A stretch of DNA of 63,202 bases, filler included, from Perkinsus chesapeaki ATCC PRA-425 (lineage: Eukaryota > Protista > Perkinsozoa): the NCBI GenBank assembly GCA_013115145.1. It is 13 parts of 13 records of this genome, joined end to end, with 100 filler letters (N's around TTAATTAATTAA, not from the genome) between each part and the next. Parts side by side here need not be neighbours in the genome. Positions count along the whole stretch, not along the records: positions 2,981 to 25,410 come from JAAPAO010000581.1; 12 more parts are not named here. One strand, written 5' to 3'. A program made the translations under genes and the position numbers. A model generated the notes under the pieces. That model ran no database searches, was not told the origin of the DNA, and saw only the letters and a program-made list of their open reading frames with translations. Shown here in pieces: positions 12,247 to 23,498 of the stretch (within the stretch, counting starts at the first letter, position 1; each line of letters starts with the position of its first letter).

Positions 12247-12317
12247 GTTGACTCATGATTTACATGTAGCATGTTTGCCTTTTAAGGAGAATTGTCTGGT
12301 TTGAATTGTTTCGTGTA

Positions 12318-12390
12318 GTGCCATTGGGGGGGATCGAACTCTGGACCTTTCGATAGTTAGTTGCGGTATATGTCCACTCGGAGTGGTCCA
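12318..12390 (-). ncRNA. Degenerate tRNA-like (SINE-like) sequence
   Basis: Minus strand TCCGAGTGG (A-box-like) ... AAAGGTCCAGAGTTCGATCCC (B box). No clean cloverleaf. Confidence 0.35.
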
Positions 12391-13553
12391 CAATCGCAAA
12401 CTGCATCTCCACCAAGCAGTAAGTTACTGGTTCACCGGGCCCGGGGGCGACAGTGTTCCTGTTTTACCATAAATTTTTTAGAATTATTTTAGTTTTGCAA
12501 AGAAAATCTTTTCTGGATGATTCTAGCGCTTCCACCATTGCAGAGCGTATTTCCCCTTCGACGACTCAATAAGAGAATTCCAGACTGGAATTCTGGAATT
12601 CACTGGAGTTTCCAGTGGAATCCACTGAGTGGATTCACTATACTGTCGTTTCTCAGGTTCAACTTCGTCTGATTGTGGACAACAACAGCAACAGCAGGGT
12701 AGCAAGAAGCGCGGGAGAGGTGGTGGTCGGAGCGACAAGACGACACAGAGGAATGCTAAAAGGAAGAAGCAACAGAATGATGTTAAGAGCAGCAGTAGCT
12801 CGGATAATGGAGGTGTGTCCTATTACATTTCATTACTATTACGGCTATTATACCCGTGGCATGGCGTTACATGAAGAATCGAGATTTCCGATGATTATAG
12901 GGGAAGTTAATTCCTGAGTGAGAAGAATATTCCTAGAATATTGGCAAGGACGCTTAGCTCGCTTATGCATAGATAGAGTGCGAGTAGAGGAGGAACAACC
13001 ACCGGACACGCTGGGATCGAAATTCGACCTTCTTCTGTGGTGTGGTGCTTCGAGATTCAGGAACGCATCTCATGGCAGATGTTCTGTGGATACGAAGGAA
13101 ATAGGTTTTAAATTATAGCAAACCATAAAGTTTTTTCATGAATACTCAAGTGCATTTCTAACTATCGTCATAAGCACTATTTAAAATATGGCTTATTAGG
13201 CGAGAGTCCAAGTACAGACCCGGTTCCATCGACGTCTTTATCATCGACATCAGCTGATCGCAATGTCTTTGATGGCGCTGCTGCTATGGCTGAGGAGCGA
13301 ACTAAGGTAAGCGTCGCGAATCCCGTCATGGGGCCCCCTTGCGAAATACTGGAAACCACAAGTTGCTGATCTGACATTATCAAATAATTCCCGAAAGGTT
13401 TCGATCCACAACTTGCCTCGGAATCGAAGAGTGTTATACTTTTAACTAAGCACGTATTTGAAATAGTATGATATCATCTGTCATTCAATTAGCATGCGCC
13501 AACTACTAACAATTATACCAGTATGTAGTGCTTGCGCCGTCATCTCCTGAATC

Positions 13554-14066
13554 TCAAAGCCTCACGACCGCTGCAGCCGCCGTTACCACCACAGCGGTTA
13601 GCCAATCGTGGCGCAAGCAGCTTGAATGGCCCACAGAGCCTCCAGCTCGCAGTTGCTTGTCAGGAGCAGCCGTGGTATTCTCGAACATGGAAATGTCCTC
13701 GACAAGGGGACTCATGGACAAGTTGAAAAGCAAGTCGATTCCCTGCAGCATCTGCTCCACCGCAGATGGGGCGGTCGTAGTGTCCATTGGGGTTTCCATG
13801 TACTGAGCTACCTTCTCAAACATCTGCTCAAGTCCAGGACTTGTTGGAGCGGTCGTAGTGTCCATCGGGGTTCCCATGTACTGAGCTACCTTCTGGAACT
13901 TCTGCTCAAGCCCAGGATTCGTTGGCGCCATGGTGAACGCAGCAGGACTTGTGGGAACCTGAGTGGTGGGGCTTTCCACCGTTTCCCATGCAACCCAGTC
14001 GAGGTTCACGTCTTCGAAGAGACCGCCCACCATACGTAGGATGATGGTGAGGATTATTAGAGACAT
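13554..14066 (-). CDS. Putative secreted or membrane protein with an internal 26-aa duplication
   Basis: Hydrophobic N-terminus (MSLIILTIILRMVGGL), two GLEQxFxKVAQYMxTPMDTTTAP units, hydrophobic C-terminus. Confidence 0.65.
   Translation of the reverse strand: MSLIILTIILRMVGGLFEDVNLDWVAWETVESPTTQVPTSPAAFTMAPTNPGLEQKFQKVAQYMGTPMDTTTAPTSPGLEQMFEKVAQYMETPMDTTTAPSAVEQMLQGIDLLFNLSMSPLVEDISMFENTTAAPDKQLRAGGSVGHSSCLRHDWLTAVVVTAAAAVVRL
13771..13926. repeat. 78-bp tandem duplication within the CDS
   Basis: GCGGTCGTAGTGTCCAT... recurs at 13771 and 13849. Confidence 0.9.
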
Positions 14067-14475
14067 TTAAACTGTGTGTTATATAACTCTGAAGAGGTGA
14101 ACTAGCAACCTGGTAACTACCTCGGCCTCATCTTACCCCAGTTGCGCGACGGTCGTAGATGGGCGAGCGAGATCTGCTGCGTGGCGAGCGATTTTCAAAT
14201 TTGCGCAGCGCGCTTTCTGAGCGCACTCCATTGGAAAACCCAAATGTATAGGCGTATTTTCTTTATATTCTTTTCAAATACCCTCCACAATAATATAAAA
14301 ATATCTTCATATCTTCTTGCCTTATCGAGCCACAATATTCTTTCAATACGGCCAGTTTGGTGATCGCGAATTTTCATAGAGGCTTTACGACGGCTAGGAT
14401 TTTGGGTAAACCCTACGCCCGAAATCAACGTGTTTTTGTCAGCGGCTCGACCGGTATTTCGGTTTAGTATGCAGC

Positions 14476-15329
14476 ATGTACTTCGGCTCTGATGGCAGCT
14501 CAGGATCGAAGAATCCCTTCAAAGATCTCTGTTATCGGTAAGCCCGTTGTGCTGTGTTATAGGTTCCAGATGCGGTGCTTTACTGCTCCGAACCAGGGAT
14601 TAACGGAGGAACATGACATATTCCAAGAAGGAAGATATTTTCTTAAAGGAAATTTCTTTTAGTCGGGGAACACATTTTGTAGAAAGGTTTGTGTTATATC
14701 TCGCGTCACAAATTCATAATTCATGTGAAAATGCTTCGCTCAGCTCAGAATTTTTGTTAGGTACGTAGTTGACGATCCAGATGAGCCGGAGACAGAGAAC
14801 CCCCCGGGGAAGGAATTTGATAGGGCTTTACTAAATCTCTACAAGCAGAAGTCCAAGCTGTCATCTACGAGGGCCAGGGTGCCGAATAGGGATTATAATC
14901 GTTCCTTCTCTGCATTAGCGCTTCTGACATCTTCATGCCGGCAACCGGAGGTGGCAATGGACTTTTCATCGATCATAGGGTATCATTATCGATCAGGTGA
15001 TTGATTGTTGGGGACCATACGAAATTGCAGTTTTCGAGACAGCGTTGGCCCGGTACGGCTTGAAGTGCTGGAGTGATGTGTCTCGCGAAATTAAGACCAA
15101 GTCTTCTACAGAGTGCGAAGTGAGCTCCTTTGCGAAGGACTAAGGAGGCTTCATTTGTTTCCAGGAATTTTACCATAGAGTTTACTCCCGAACAGAGCGT
15201 GGACGAATCTTTACTGGAGTTCTTCTGCAGTCGGAGCCCACTGGGCCGGCGACTCCTCCCAAGACCGAGCCGGAGTCTGTCACCACCACTCCAGCCAGTG
15301 GGGAATATAGCAGTCAGAAAAGCTCGTAG
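14476..15329 (+). CDS. Multi-exon SANT/Myb-domain protein; start uncertain
   Basis: Spliced reading VIDCWGPYEIAVFETALARYGLKCWSDVSREIKTKSSTECE|EFYHRVYSRT matches SANT spacing (W..E...FE.AL..YG..W..I...I.TKS..EC..FY). Stop TAG at 15327-15329. Confidence 0.75.
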
Positions 15330-16024
15330 CATTTATATTTTCTGTAACATTATTGTCAACTACTGTGTGTTGAGCAGTTTTAGTGTGGAATAACTAGTCG
15401 TTGAGGGGACCTGTGAACGTGCACTGGTGAGGCAGATAGAGTGAAGCTCTCCCGGCCACATATAGGGTATACAACTATACCGGCACATGGACACTTGCAG
15501 CTAGCGTGCTCAAGGATAGTATCAAATAAGGGGCCTACAGACAAGTTGTTGGCAATAACAATTTCGCAGCCTGACTACTGCACGGTGTTGTTACGAGCGC
15601 TCATCTTCGCTAGCTTGCTCTCCTTATTTAGACTGAAGTGACTCTAGATTAATGTCAATCACGACGAGTCAATCGGAAAGTAAATCATTGACCTTGATAG
15701 TTGACTCTGAGGGACGGCACGCCAGCTGCCCCATAGGGGACGCGGAGGTGACCAACGTCTTATATTTAATATTTCTGTCTTAAACGTTTCTGTCTTTCAC
15801 ACATGTCGTTGTTATACTGTTATATTATTATTGTTCTTATTAGAACAATAAGACCGACATATCCATCCAGTAGGTTAATAGTTTTACTACTTCGCACGGG
15901 AACTAAAACAGCTTTATAAGTGATACTGAGTCATTAACTGTTTATCATAGGATCTTGTCGATAGGACCTGTCTGTCGTAAGGTTAACGTTAGAAACACAT
16001 GGTGATAAATCGAGGAGAACCATA

Positions 16025-17747
16025 ATGGCAATCTCAGCATATGCTATGGATCGCGAAGGTGTGAATCGTTCCGCTGGACACTTTAAGCCGATATCGGACG
16101 ATAAACTCGCTCAGACACTGCATGAAAAGCTCAAAAACAGCAAGGACTTCGTGAACCAAAATGTCTGTCAGGGTTCCCTACTTAACGCGATTACAAGAGC
16201 TATATTTGAGTATGTACCAGAGGGCTTGTTGGACGACATGGTGAGTTGCCTTGTCATACTCAACTACTCACAAAATAGGTTTTGCGGGCACCTGACGGGT
16301 CCAAAACGACTGCGGAGCTTTTGGGTTGTCAATGCGGAAAGCTTGCCAAACTGAAGTAAGCAGCGGGTTGGCAAACTATCAGACATTATTTCGGTCAGAA
16401 ATTGTGTTGTTATCTTCGACGAAGATGAGTCCAGCAGGGAGGAGCTCAGAGGACATCCCCTCGGGGACTGGCGCGGGAAGTATCGGACTTATCTTAGGAA
16501 GTGGGCTGGGATCTACCGGCCTTCCTTTTTGATATCATTTTTCACGGAATGCGAGTTGTGCTCCTCAATGCTGCAGTGCCCATTGAAGTTACTTTTACCC
16601 CAAGCATAAAACAGTGCCTATTGAGGGCCTATTGAGTAACATAAAAAAACTCCTGCCTGCCGCTTGTAAAGATAGGTGCTCACTTACTCCAAAAACACCA
16701 TTTGCGGCCAACTGTTGCTCCTCTTCCCTTTTGTTCCTCCTATAATCTCGCGGTATATTTCATTGTGATATCCTGACACGCTACTTACTTCGAGGCAAAA
16801 CCTTCCAGCCAGAAGTTTAATATCGACACATGTCTCCTCTATTCTTCAGAGTAAACCGCTCCCCCAACATTGATGATGTGTCGAAGCCTTCCGGTTCACC
16901 TAGTAACGTTAACGACTTGGTGCTTCCTCCTGGCGTCATCAAATGTATGTGGTCTGGCATGCTGTTCTGTCGAAAGCGATTCCAACGAAGTTGCTTTTGC
17001 CGGTAAAACCAACTATTACTAATACACCAATTGGCTTCGACGCCAGCAGAGTCTCATGAGGAGACCAACCGACTGCATTATGAGTTCATCCGATATCTAC
17101 TCCTTCTGTGCGACATCGTCAGCTTTTAATCAGTCTTGTCGTGCTCGCTGTAGCCCTCGATGAAGTTCGTATTGCCGGATTGAGGCCAACAGTCTTCGCC
17201 TGGATACCACCCAGCGAAGCTTCTAGCGAGCTGGAACCCCTGGCCTGGACCAAGTGACAAGCCGAGCTTGGAATCCGGAGTTCATTAGTAGTCGCAGATA
17301 CTGGCTCAGGAGGGGAGGCATTGTCGTTCATAAAGTTAGCCGTAAGAAGATTCCTGTTGTATCTCGCAGACTTCTGTCGTGCAACCAGACTTATACCGTC
17401 CTTTATCTAGAAAGTGAGAAAGGTGACAATCATTCCTGCTGGACTTGTTGGAGATGTACGTCTGTCAGTCATCCGAAGAATTATTATCAGTGCTGTGCGA
17501 GCCATAAAACGTGGCAGAGCGTCTCAAGAATTCGACCGATCTGTACATAGTGCTCCAGACGACTGTAGCCTTGTCATTCAAACGTCAAGTACGCGTGGGC
17601 GCATATTTCGGAATTCTGTTGTATGAGTCGTCAGGTCGAACTTATAGTTTAATATTGGAGAGCCCACGGGATAGGGACAGAGTTGCAGCCGGTCTTTCTG
17701 AGCTGGTGAGCCTCCGGCATGCCGATCCGAGTCGTGACCGGTTTTAG
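16025..17747 (+). CDS. Multi-exon hypothetical protein with a C-terminal PH-like domain; may be two genes
   Basis: Exon series with GT-AG introns. C-terminal segments RRGGIVVHKV...IRRIIISAVRAIKRGRASQEF...TYSLILESPRDRDRVAAGLSEL resemble PLC-type PH folds. Confidence 0.45.
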
Positions 17748-17863
17748 GCCACCGTGAATTCCATGGATGCGTGACATTCCTTTCAAGCTTTTCACATTTT
17801 TTTTTGTGTTACGTTCGTTTCTGTTACTCGTTCATGTCTCATTATCAGTCTGAGTCTGTTTTT

Positions 17864-18624
17864 ATGAGTGGCTCGGCCAATTTTGTCACGCAAGTTCAAC
17901 TGCCGGGCTCGGCACGTTCACTGCCCTTGGTTACCCAATGGCACATTGCTCGTGATGGCGACAATCATCGAGAATCAGATGTTATCTATTTCGATTGTAT
18001 TGTCGTTGATAAGCTGATGAGGCAAGCGTGGACAGGGAGCGTTTCGCAGCGGGACCTCTCGCAGAGTCTATCTTGGGGGAACGGTAGGTTACTTTGAAAT
18101 CTTCCGAGTGCGAATATCCATCTCGGCCATTCAGATTCCCTTCTGCGTTTGAAGGAGATTGTGACCTTCGGCGAAGGTATAGAGCTTGCTCGCAGTGGTG
18201 AAGGTTTGCTGCTCTCTGTGACGTCGCAACTGCCAGTCGGAAAGCTGACTTTGCTCAAAGATGTAGAGCTCAAGCTTTCGAATGATATGGCAGTTCAAAA
18301 GCTTATAGAGTGTGCTTTATCGCAGTATCGTTCAACCGAGGCAAGTTTCGATTATATTGTAGTCTTTGCAACCATCGTTTTCAGAACGATGCAGGCAACA
18401 CCAATGAAGCCCGGCCCACAGTGTCAGTCGTTCAGACTTCTGATGAGCGTGACGTTGACCGTTTCTGTTCCGAGGCTGATAGAATGCTTACTCAATTACG
18501 CCAGAGAAATACCGACCTGCGTGAACAGTGTGTGACTTCTCTAGGTAGTTCCTCAAACCCCAATGCATCTCACCGGTTTAGTCTTCGAACGATGCTGTCG
18601 ATGGCTCATCAACTTTGTGCCTAG
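17864..18624 (+). CDS. Putative XRCC4/XLF/PAXX-superfamily protein (head plus coiled coil)
   Basis: Exons joined by introns 18084-18134 (GT-AG), 18341-18384 (GC-AG) and a third near 18530-18580. QAWTGSVSQRDLSQ resembles the XRCC4 AWTGTVSESEISQ segment; a heptad-like helix follows. Confidence 0.4.
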
Positions 18625-19089
18625 CACGGGCTAGCGGGTTCTCTAGTCTGACAGGACGACAGTAAACTGAGGAGTGCCAGGGGCATCTGGGCTGGGAGTA
18701 ACCTGATTTTTCGGCTCAAAAGTCATCGAATTCTGTGGCGGAGTATCCTAGCTTTCCAAGGTCACCACGAAACTGGCAGTTTAGATGTAACCTTGAAAAG
18801 TTAGTTAAAAACTGCTCTGATTGCTGAGCTTAGGGCGTTCTCGACTTCCACTCAGCTTTCGCTCTGTCAGGTCATGAAATGTACGAGACTTTGCTAAAGG
18901 AGATTCCTCTACCTGAGGTTTCCGATGATGAAGTTCGAGCACAACTGTCCAACCTATCAAAAACATACTAGTTTCGAAGCATGCCGTTCCTTAGTGTTCA
19001 CATAGCACGGGTGGCGGGAGATGGGACTGAGATGGGATTTGATGCGCTATTTTTTACGACGAATTTGAACCCTCCAATGTGCTACGAGC

Positions 19090-19950
19090 TCAAGACGGTA
19101 TGGCTTGCCCGCCGGGCAATGCCCGGCAAGCCTTGATGTCTGAGATGACTGCTAGCGAAAAACATAGCACGTTGAAGATTCGCGCACATTTTGTGTGCAG
19201 AACGTAGGTTGTAGACTGTGACTCACAATTTCCAATCCCGGCTAAGACACTCCTGAAAAACTCGATCTCGACAGTCAAAAGACCCAATGGCTAGCACCTG
19301 TGGTACCACAGAGCCATAATAAGCACCAAAACAATATCGAAGGAGTCCTGCTCTGATATTGTCCTGCTGCAGGACCGAGAAAAAAACTCCGCTGTGATGC
19401 ACTGATTTACGACTAAATAATGCTAACGGAAGGATACGGCGTGAAAAGGAAGTTCCCGAGAGGAAATTCCTTAGGAACTGTTCCTTCAGCAAAGTGGAGT
19501 TCTCCGCGCCTACGCGTAAAGCCTCACCGAGCTGATACACTCTCTGATTTACGACTAAATAGTAAATAAGTGGACACTGCATGTGAAATGCAGCATGTCT
19601 AATCCGTCCTAGATTTGATCTTTAAGTGGTTCAACCTCGAAACTTTCCCTTTTTCCTCGCACACAGCACTCTTGTTTCTTATTCAAACGAGTGATCTTCC
19701 TGGAGATTTCGAGAGGAATTCCAAAGACGGCCGACCCTCGCCATATTGTCAACCTCTACTGTGACGGAGCGAGACGAGGATGAATCCTGTGATCAAACGG
19801 AGAAAGATCGGAAGCGCGTTCAACCGAAGACGCGGAAGGTTTAGCCTTAGACTTGGACTTAGATCTAGGTTCACCAATACGAGATGACTCACTAGTGATT
19901 CTAGGTGATAGCTCAGACTCAAGATGATAATTTGACCTCGTCACAACCAT
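19090..19950 (-). CDS. Hypothetical spliced gene; structure unresolved
   Basis: Ser/Arg-rich first exon from ATG 19950 and further ORF pieces 19223-19582 and 19090-19287. No recognisable domain. Confidence 0.3.
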
Positions 19951-21407
19951 CCCAATACTATCTCAGCGCGACAATTATCAGATGAAGATTACACTTAATC
20001 AGAACCAACTGTTCCGAACTTACACAGTTCAGATCAATACGATTAGATTACAATTCAACCGAACCTGATCCGTACAACCCGTACGTTTCAGGTGATACAA
20101 ACCGTTCCAGATATGCAGATCTAAAACTACTAGATCTTAGTGATCAGATTATTAGGCGAGCGAGATCGGAACTTACATTGTCCCTTTTCCGTGCTGTCAT
20201 AAAGCTCACGTCACGTGACCCGTGAGTCACGTGTCATCAACCAGGGTACGTGAAATCCCATGGTCACTGGGGTTGGGAGGACATTCTCAGCCGGGATCCT
20301 ATGGCTTATGGCTGGAATGTAGACTCTGTCGATCAGGCAGACTTACGCAAAGTCTGCGAGAAGGACGGAGTCCCCCCCAGTAACAAGGAAAGGAAAGAAA
20401 AAAAATATACATAAATGTATGTGTATCCGACCTTTAAGAAGGCCGGCGGTCGGTTGGTTCGGTTCTATCATCCGTTGACCAACCGACACAGTACCGTGTG
20501 TTGTGCGCAATGGCACTAGCCGACCACAGCTTAGCTGTCGTCAGCCTGTCTCGAGTGACACAATCGCGCTGTCCCATATCTGGTGTGGTGACTGTCCCCT
20601 GCGTTCGCTGGACTTTCACATCAGATAACGACATGTCGTTATCTTACACCTATATAGCATCGTCGGCGGGAAAGAGAAATGAGCACGTAAGTTACGTGAC
20701 GTAACGATAGTTTAACGCAAGTGTCTGAAGAAGAGTTTCTCACAAAATTTAGCAACCGCTGCACATCAACTCACACATGCATATGGTAGACTAACATATG
20801 CATGTGTCTACTACCATTGCTAGTAGTAGACAGTTGTGTTGTCACAGTTATGTACGCGCGACTTGGTTTCTGCGTGTAAGAAGGTTATAACCTGAGGGGA
20901 GTAACCCGCCTGTGATATCTGCAAATTGCCTTGAGAGATATCGGACATCTATCTTTCCCTACGCTTAACCTGAGGTGCTCCAAAAATACATAGGGAGCAC
21001 TCCTCCCTAAGGGAAGTAGTACAAGACTTGAACTACTAGAGTAATTGGTCACTGCCTAAGTAGAATGACTACGTGACATTCCCGGAAACCGAGGTCGTTC
21101 AAAATGTGTTACAAGTCTGCTTATCCGGCGGACCTCTCGAGACATTACAGTAATCACCCAGTCCCACAAATATGCGAGCGAATTTTCAACTGGATAATTT
21201 ACACTGTAGGTTAGTGCTTAGGTTATTAAGTCCGTAGTAACGCGTGGCGCGTCACGCGCTCCGTGACACATTCCTGCATTCACTAACTGACTTTGGCTTA
21301 CCTCGTTGACATTTGGTCATTTCCACGCCTGCCTCTACCAGGAGATGTCTGGGTGCCCCAGTCGGTCTCAAGGACCTCGGTGTGCTTATGGCTTTGTGCT
21401 TCACTTT

Positions 21408-22584
21408 ATGCGGGTTGCTTCGTTAATGTTTGGAATTTTGGGTTCAGTTAGCCTGCCCGTTGGTGATGGACAGTTGATTGAGCTTGACGCTGTCCTCGGA
21501 GGGATACCTGGTTATGAATCTGTCTTTTACCCATATTGCCATCTCAAGGAGCTGGGGTTGTGGGCGTCGGTGGACACTGGCGGTGCGTTATTCCAGTTAG
21601 TCTGGAGGGAATGGTATGACTCTGTCATGGGCCCTTATTCATGTGCTAACCTGTTCGCTGGTTGTTATGTATGCAAGCCTCCATGTGATCCTCGGCATGC
21701 TGTAACTCGTGTTGAAACTTTCTTGGATGGTTCCCGTGTAAAAATCTTTGAGCATGAAGGTGACCTTAAAATAGGGTCTGTGGACGTGCGCAAAATGAAG
21801 TTCCAGCTTATATTTGGCCAAGATCCCCCACCTAGTGTATCCCCGGTTTTCAATCTACTCGGTTTGGGACGACAACCCGAAGGCGGTTTCCCCCCGCTGC
21901 TCTACCAATTGATTGATAAGAATCCCAAAGTGATACACAGCAGAGCTTTCGCTATTTACTTTGATGAGAAGGCTCCTAACAGATATTTATTTTGGCAAGG
22001 TCCTATTGGGTGGTGGTGACCCAAACCGCTACAAGCACCCATTACTGTACCTGACTTTTACAGATGCAACATATTATATGGTACCACTGAGTAGTATGCA
22101 AGTTGGTGATGGTCATCCACCTATAGGTATTAACTGGAACATATTGCTCGATAGTGGGACCAACGCACTGGTTGTACCACCACTTTATTATGATGCAATT
22201 ATGCGAGATATCTCTCATGCGGTTGGACAGCCGCTAAGGTGGCATCCGGCAGCTAAGCTATGGTTTATTTCCTGTAGCTACTATAACTCAATGCCAAAGT
22301 TGATGCTTAACTTGGGCCCTAAAGGGGAGGTTCCCATCATTATGAGTAATGTTAATTATGTGCGTCCAGATAGCAAAGGCGACGAATGCTGGATTATGAT
22401 CTTGAAACGAGATATACCTTACTGGATCCTTCCCGGTTCGGTTTTAATCGGGTATTACTTCGAGTTTCAAATAGATAATGGACGAGTGGGAATTGCTGAA
22501 ACTGTTACTCAAAGTACTTTCCTCCGTCACTTCAACGGGTCGGTATTCGCCGGATCTCCGAATGGTGCAAAGTTATCTATTTAG
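21408..22584 (+). pseudogene. Intronless pepsin-family (A1) aspartic protease with one frameshift near 21965-21995
   Basis: Signal-like MRVASLMFGILGSVSL, catalytic VDTGG and LDSGT, LLGLG, GKVLLGGGDP, WILPGSVL and RVGIA. The two lobes are in different frames. Confidence 0.85.
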
Positions 22585-23498
22585 TCAACTTCCACTTGGG
22601 CAGGTAGATGCCTTAGCTACTACGTTTTGGCCATACATTAGCCTGATGTATGACTAACCAAGGAGACTACTATATAACTGCTAGTATGACTAATAAGACT
22701 AACTCATGGTGCTTAACTGTTTGATGTCGTTATGGAGCTCGATCAGTTCTACAACCTTCGAGTCTCGCCTGTGTCTGAACTATTCCACTCCGAATTATAT
22801 GTTGTATTTTCAGCTACAACTTATATGTCTACACTAATGCTTTTGTTGCGATCGGCATTGCAACTTCGAGATGCATTGCTGTCTTACTTGTAAGATCGAA
22901 GTATATGAGAAGATGCGTAGAACTCCTGCCTGTGTCTTGTTTTGCCCTGCTCAACCTAGGCTCTGCTATGATTGAGTCAACCAGGTTGACCCCTATAAAT
23001 ATCAGCCTGATATTATCAGGCAGAAACATTACGAACTTCCGGGTTTACAGCGGTCTCACTGGCAGTATGTTACCGGTGGATGTATGGCTCCTCTAGCTCG
23101 GAAGTTTAAAGGGTGAAACCTGTCTATCACACCAAAAATAATTGTATCTGAGCCATTGAGGCGCTTTCTTGATGGGCCTAGTCATAATCCTGGAGTTCGA
23201 CCATACTGGACCCTTTCATTTAAAGGCCTTGAACCTTTGCGTTAGTGAGTTGAATTGAGAAAGACAAATAACAGAGTCTCTGTTGTAGAGATGATCCTTA
23301 ACATTGCATCTGTTTCAATGAAGCAGCTCCATCATAGATTTCCTGCGAACCAGGCAAAGGTCCTCATCTGGTTGATAAATGACCGTCACCATGATAAAAT
23401 TTATCTAAACGTGCCTTGAATCATCTATATAGACGATAGTAGTTGTCGTGCAGGCTGAGGATGAATTATAGTATGCTCACAGGACCTTCTCTCATAAT

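Noticed and set aside
20232-21268. Solo LTR with TGTCA...TGACA ends
   Set aside because: No target-site duplication (TCACG versus CATTC) and no second copy in the window.
22600-23450. Decayed element between the protease and the glycosyltransferase
   Set aside because: All frames are stop-ridden and no diagnostic motif was recognised.
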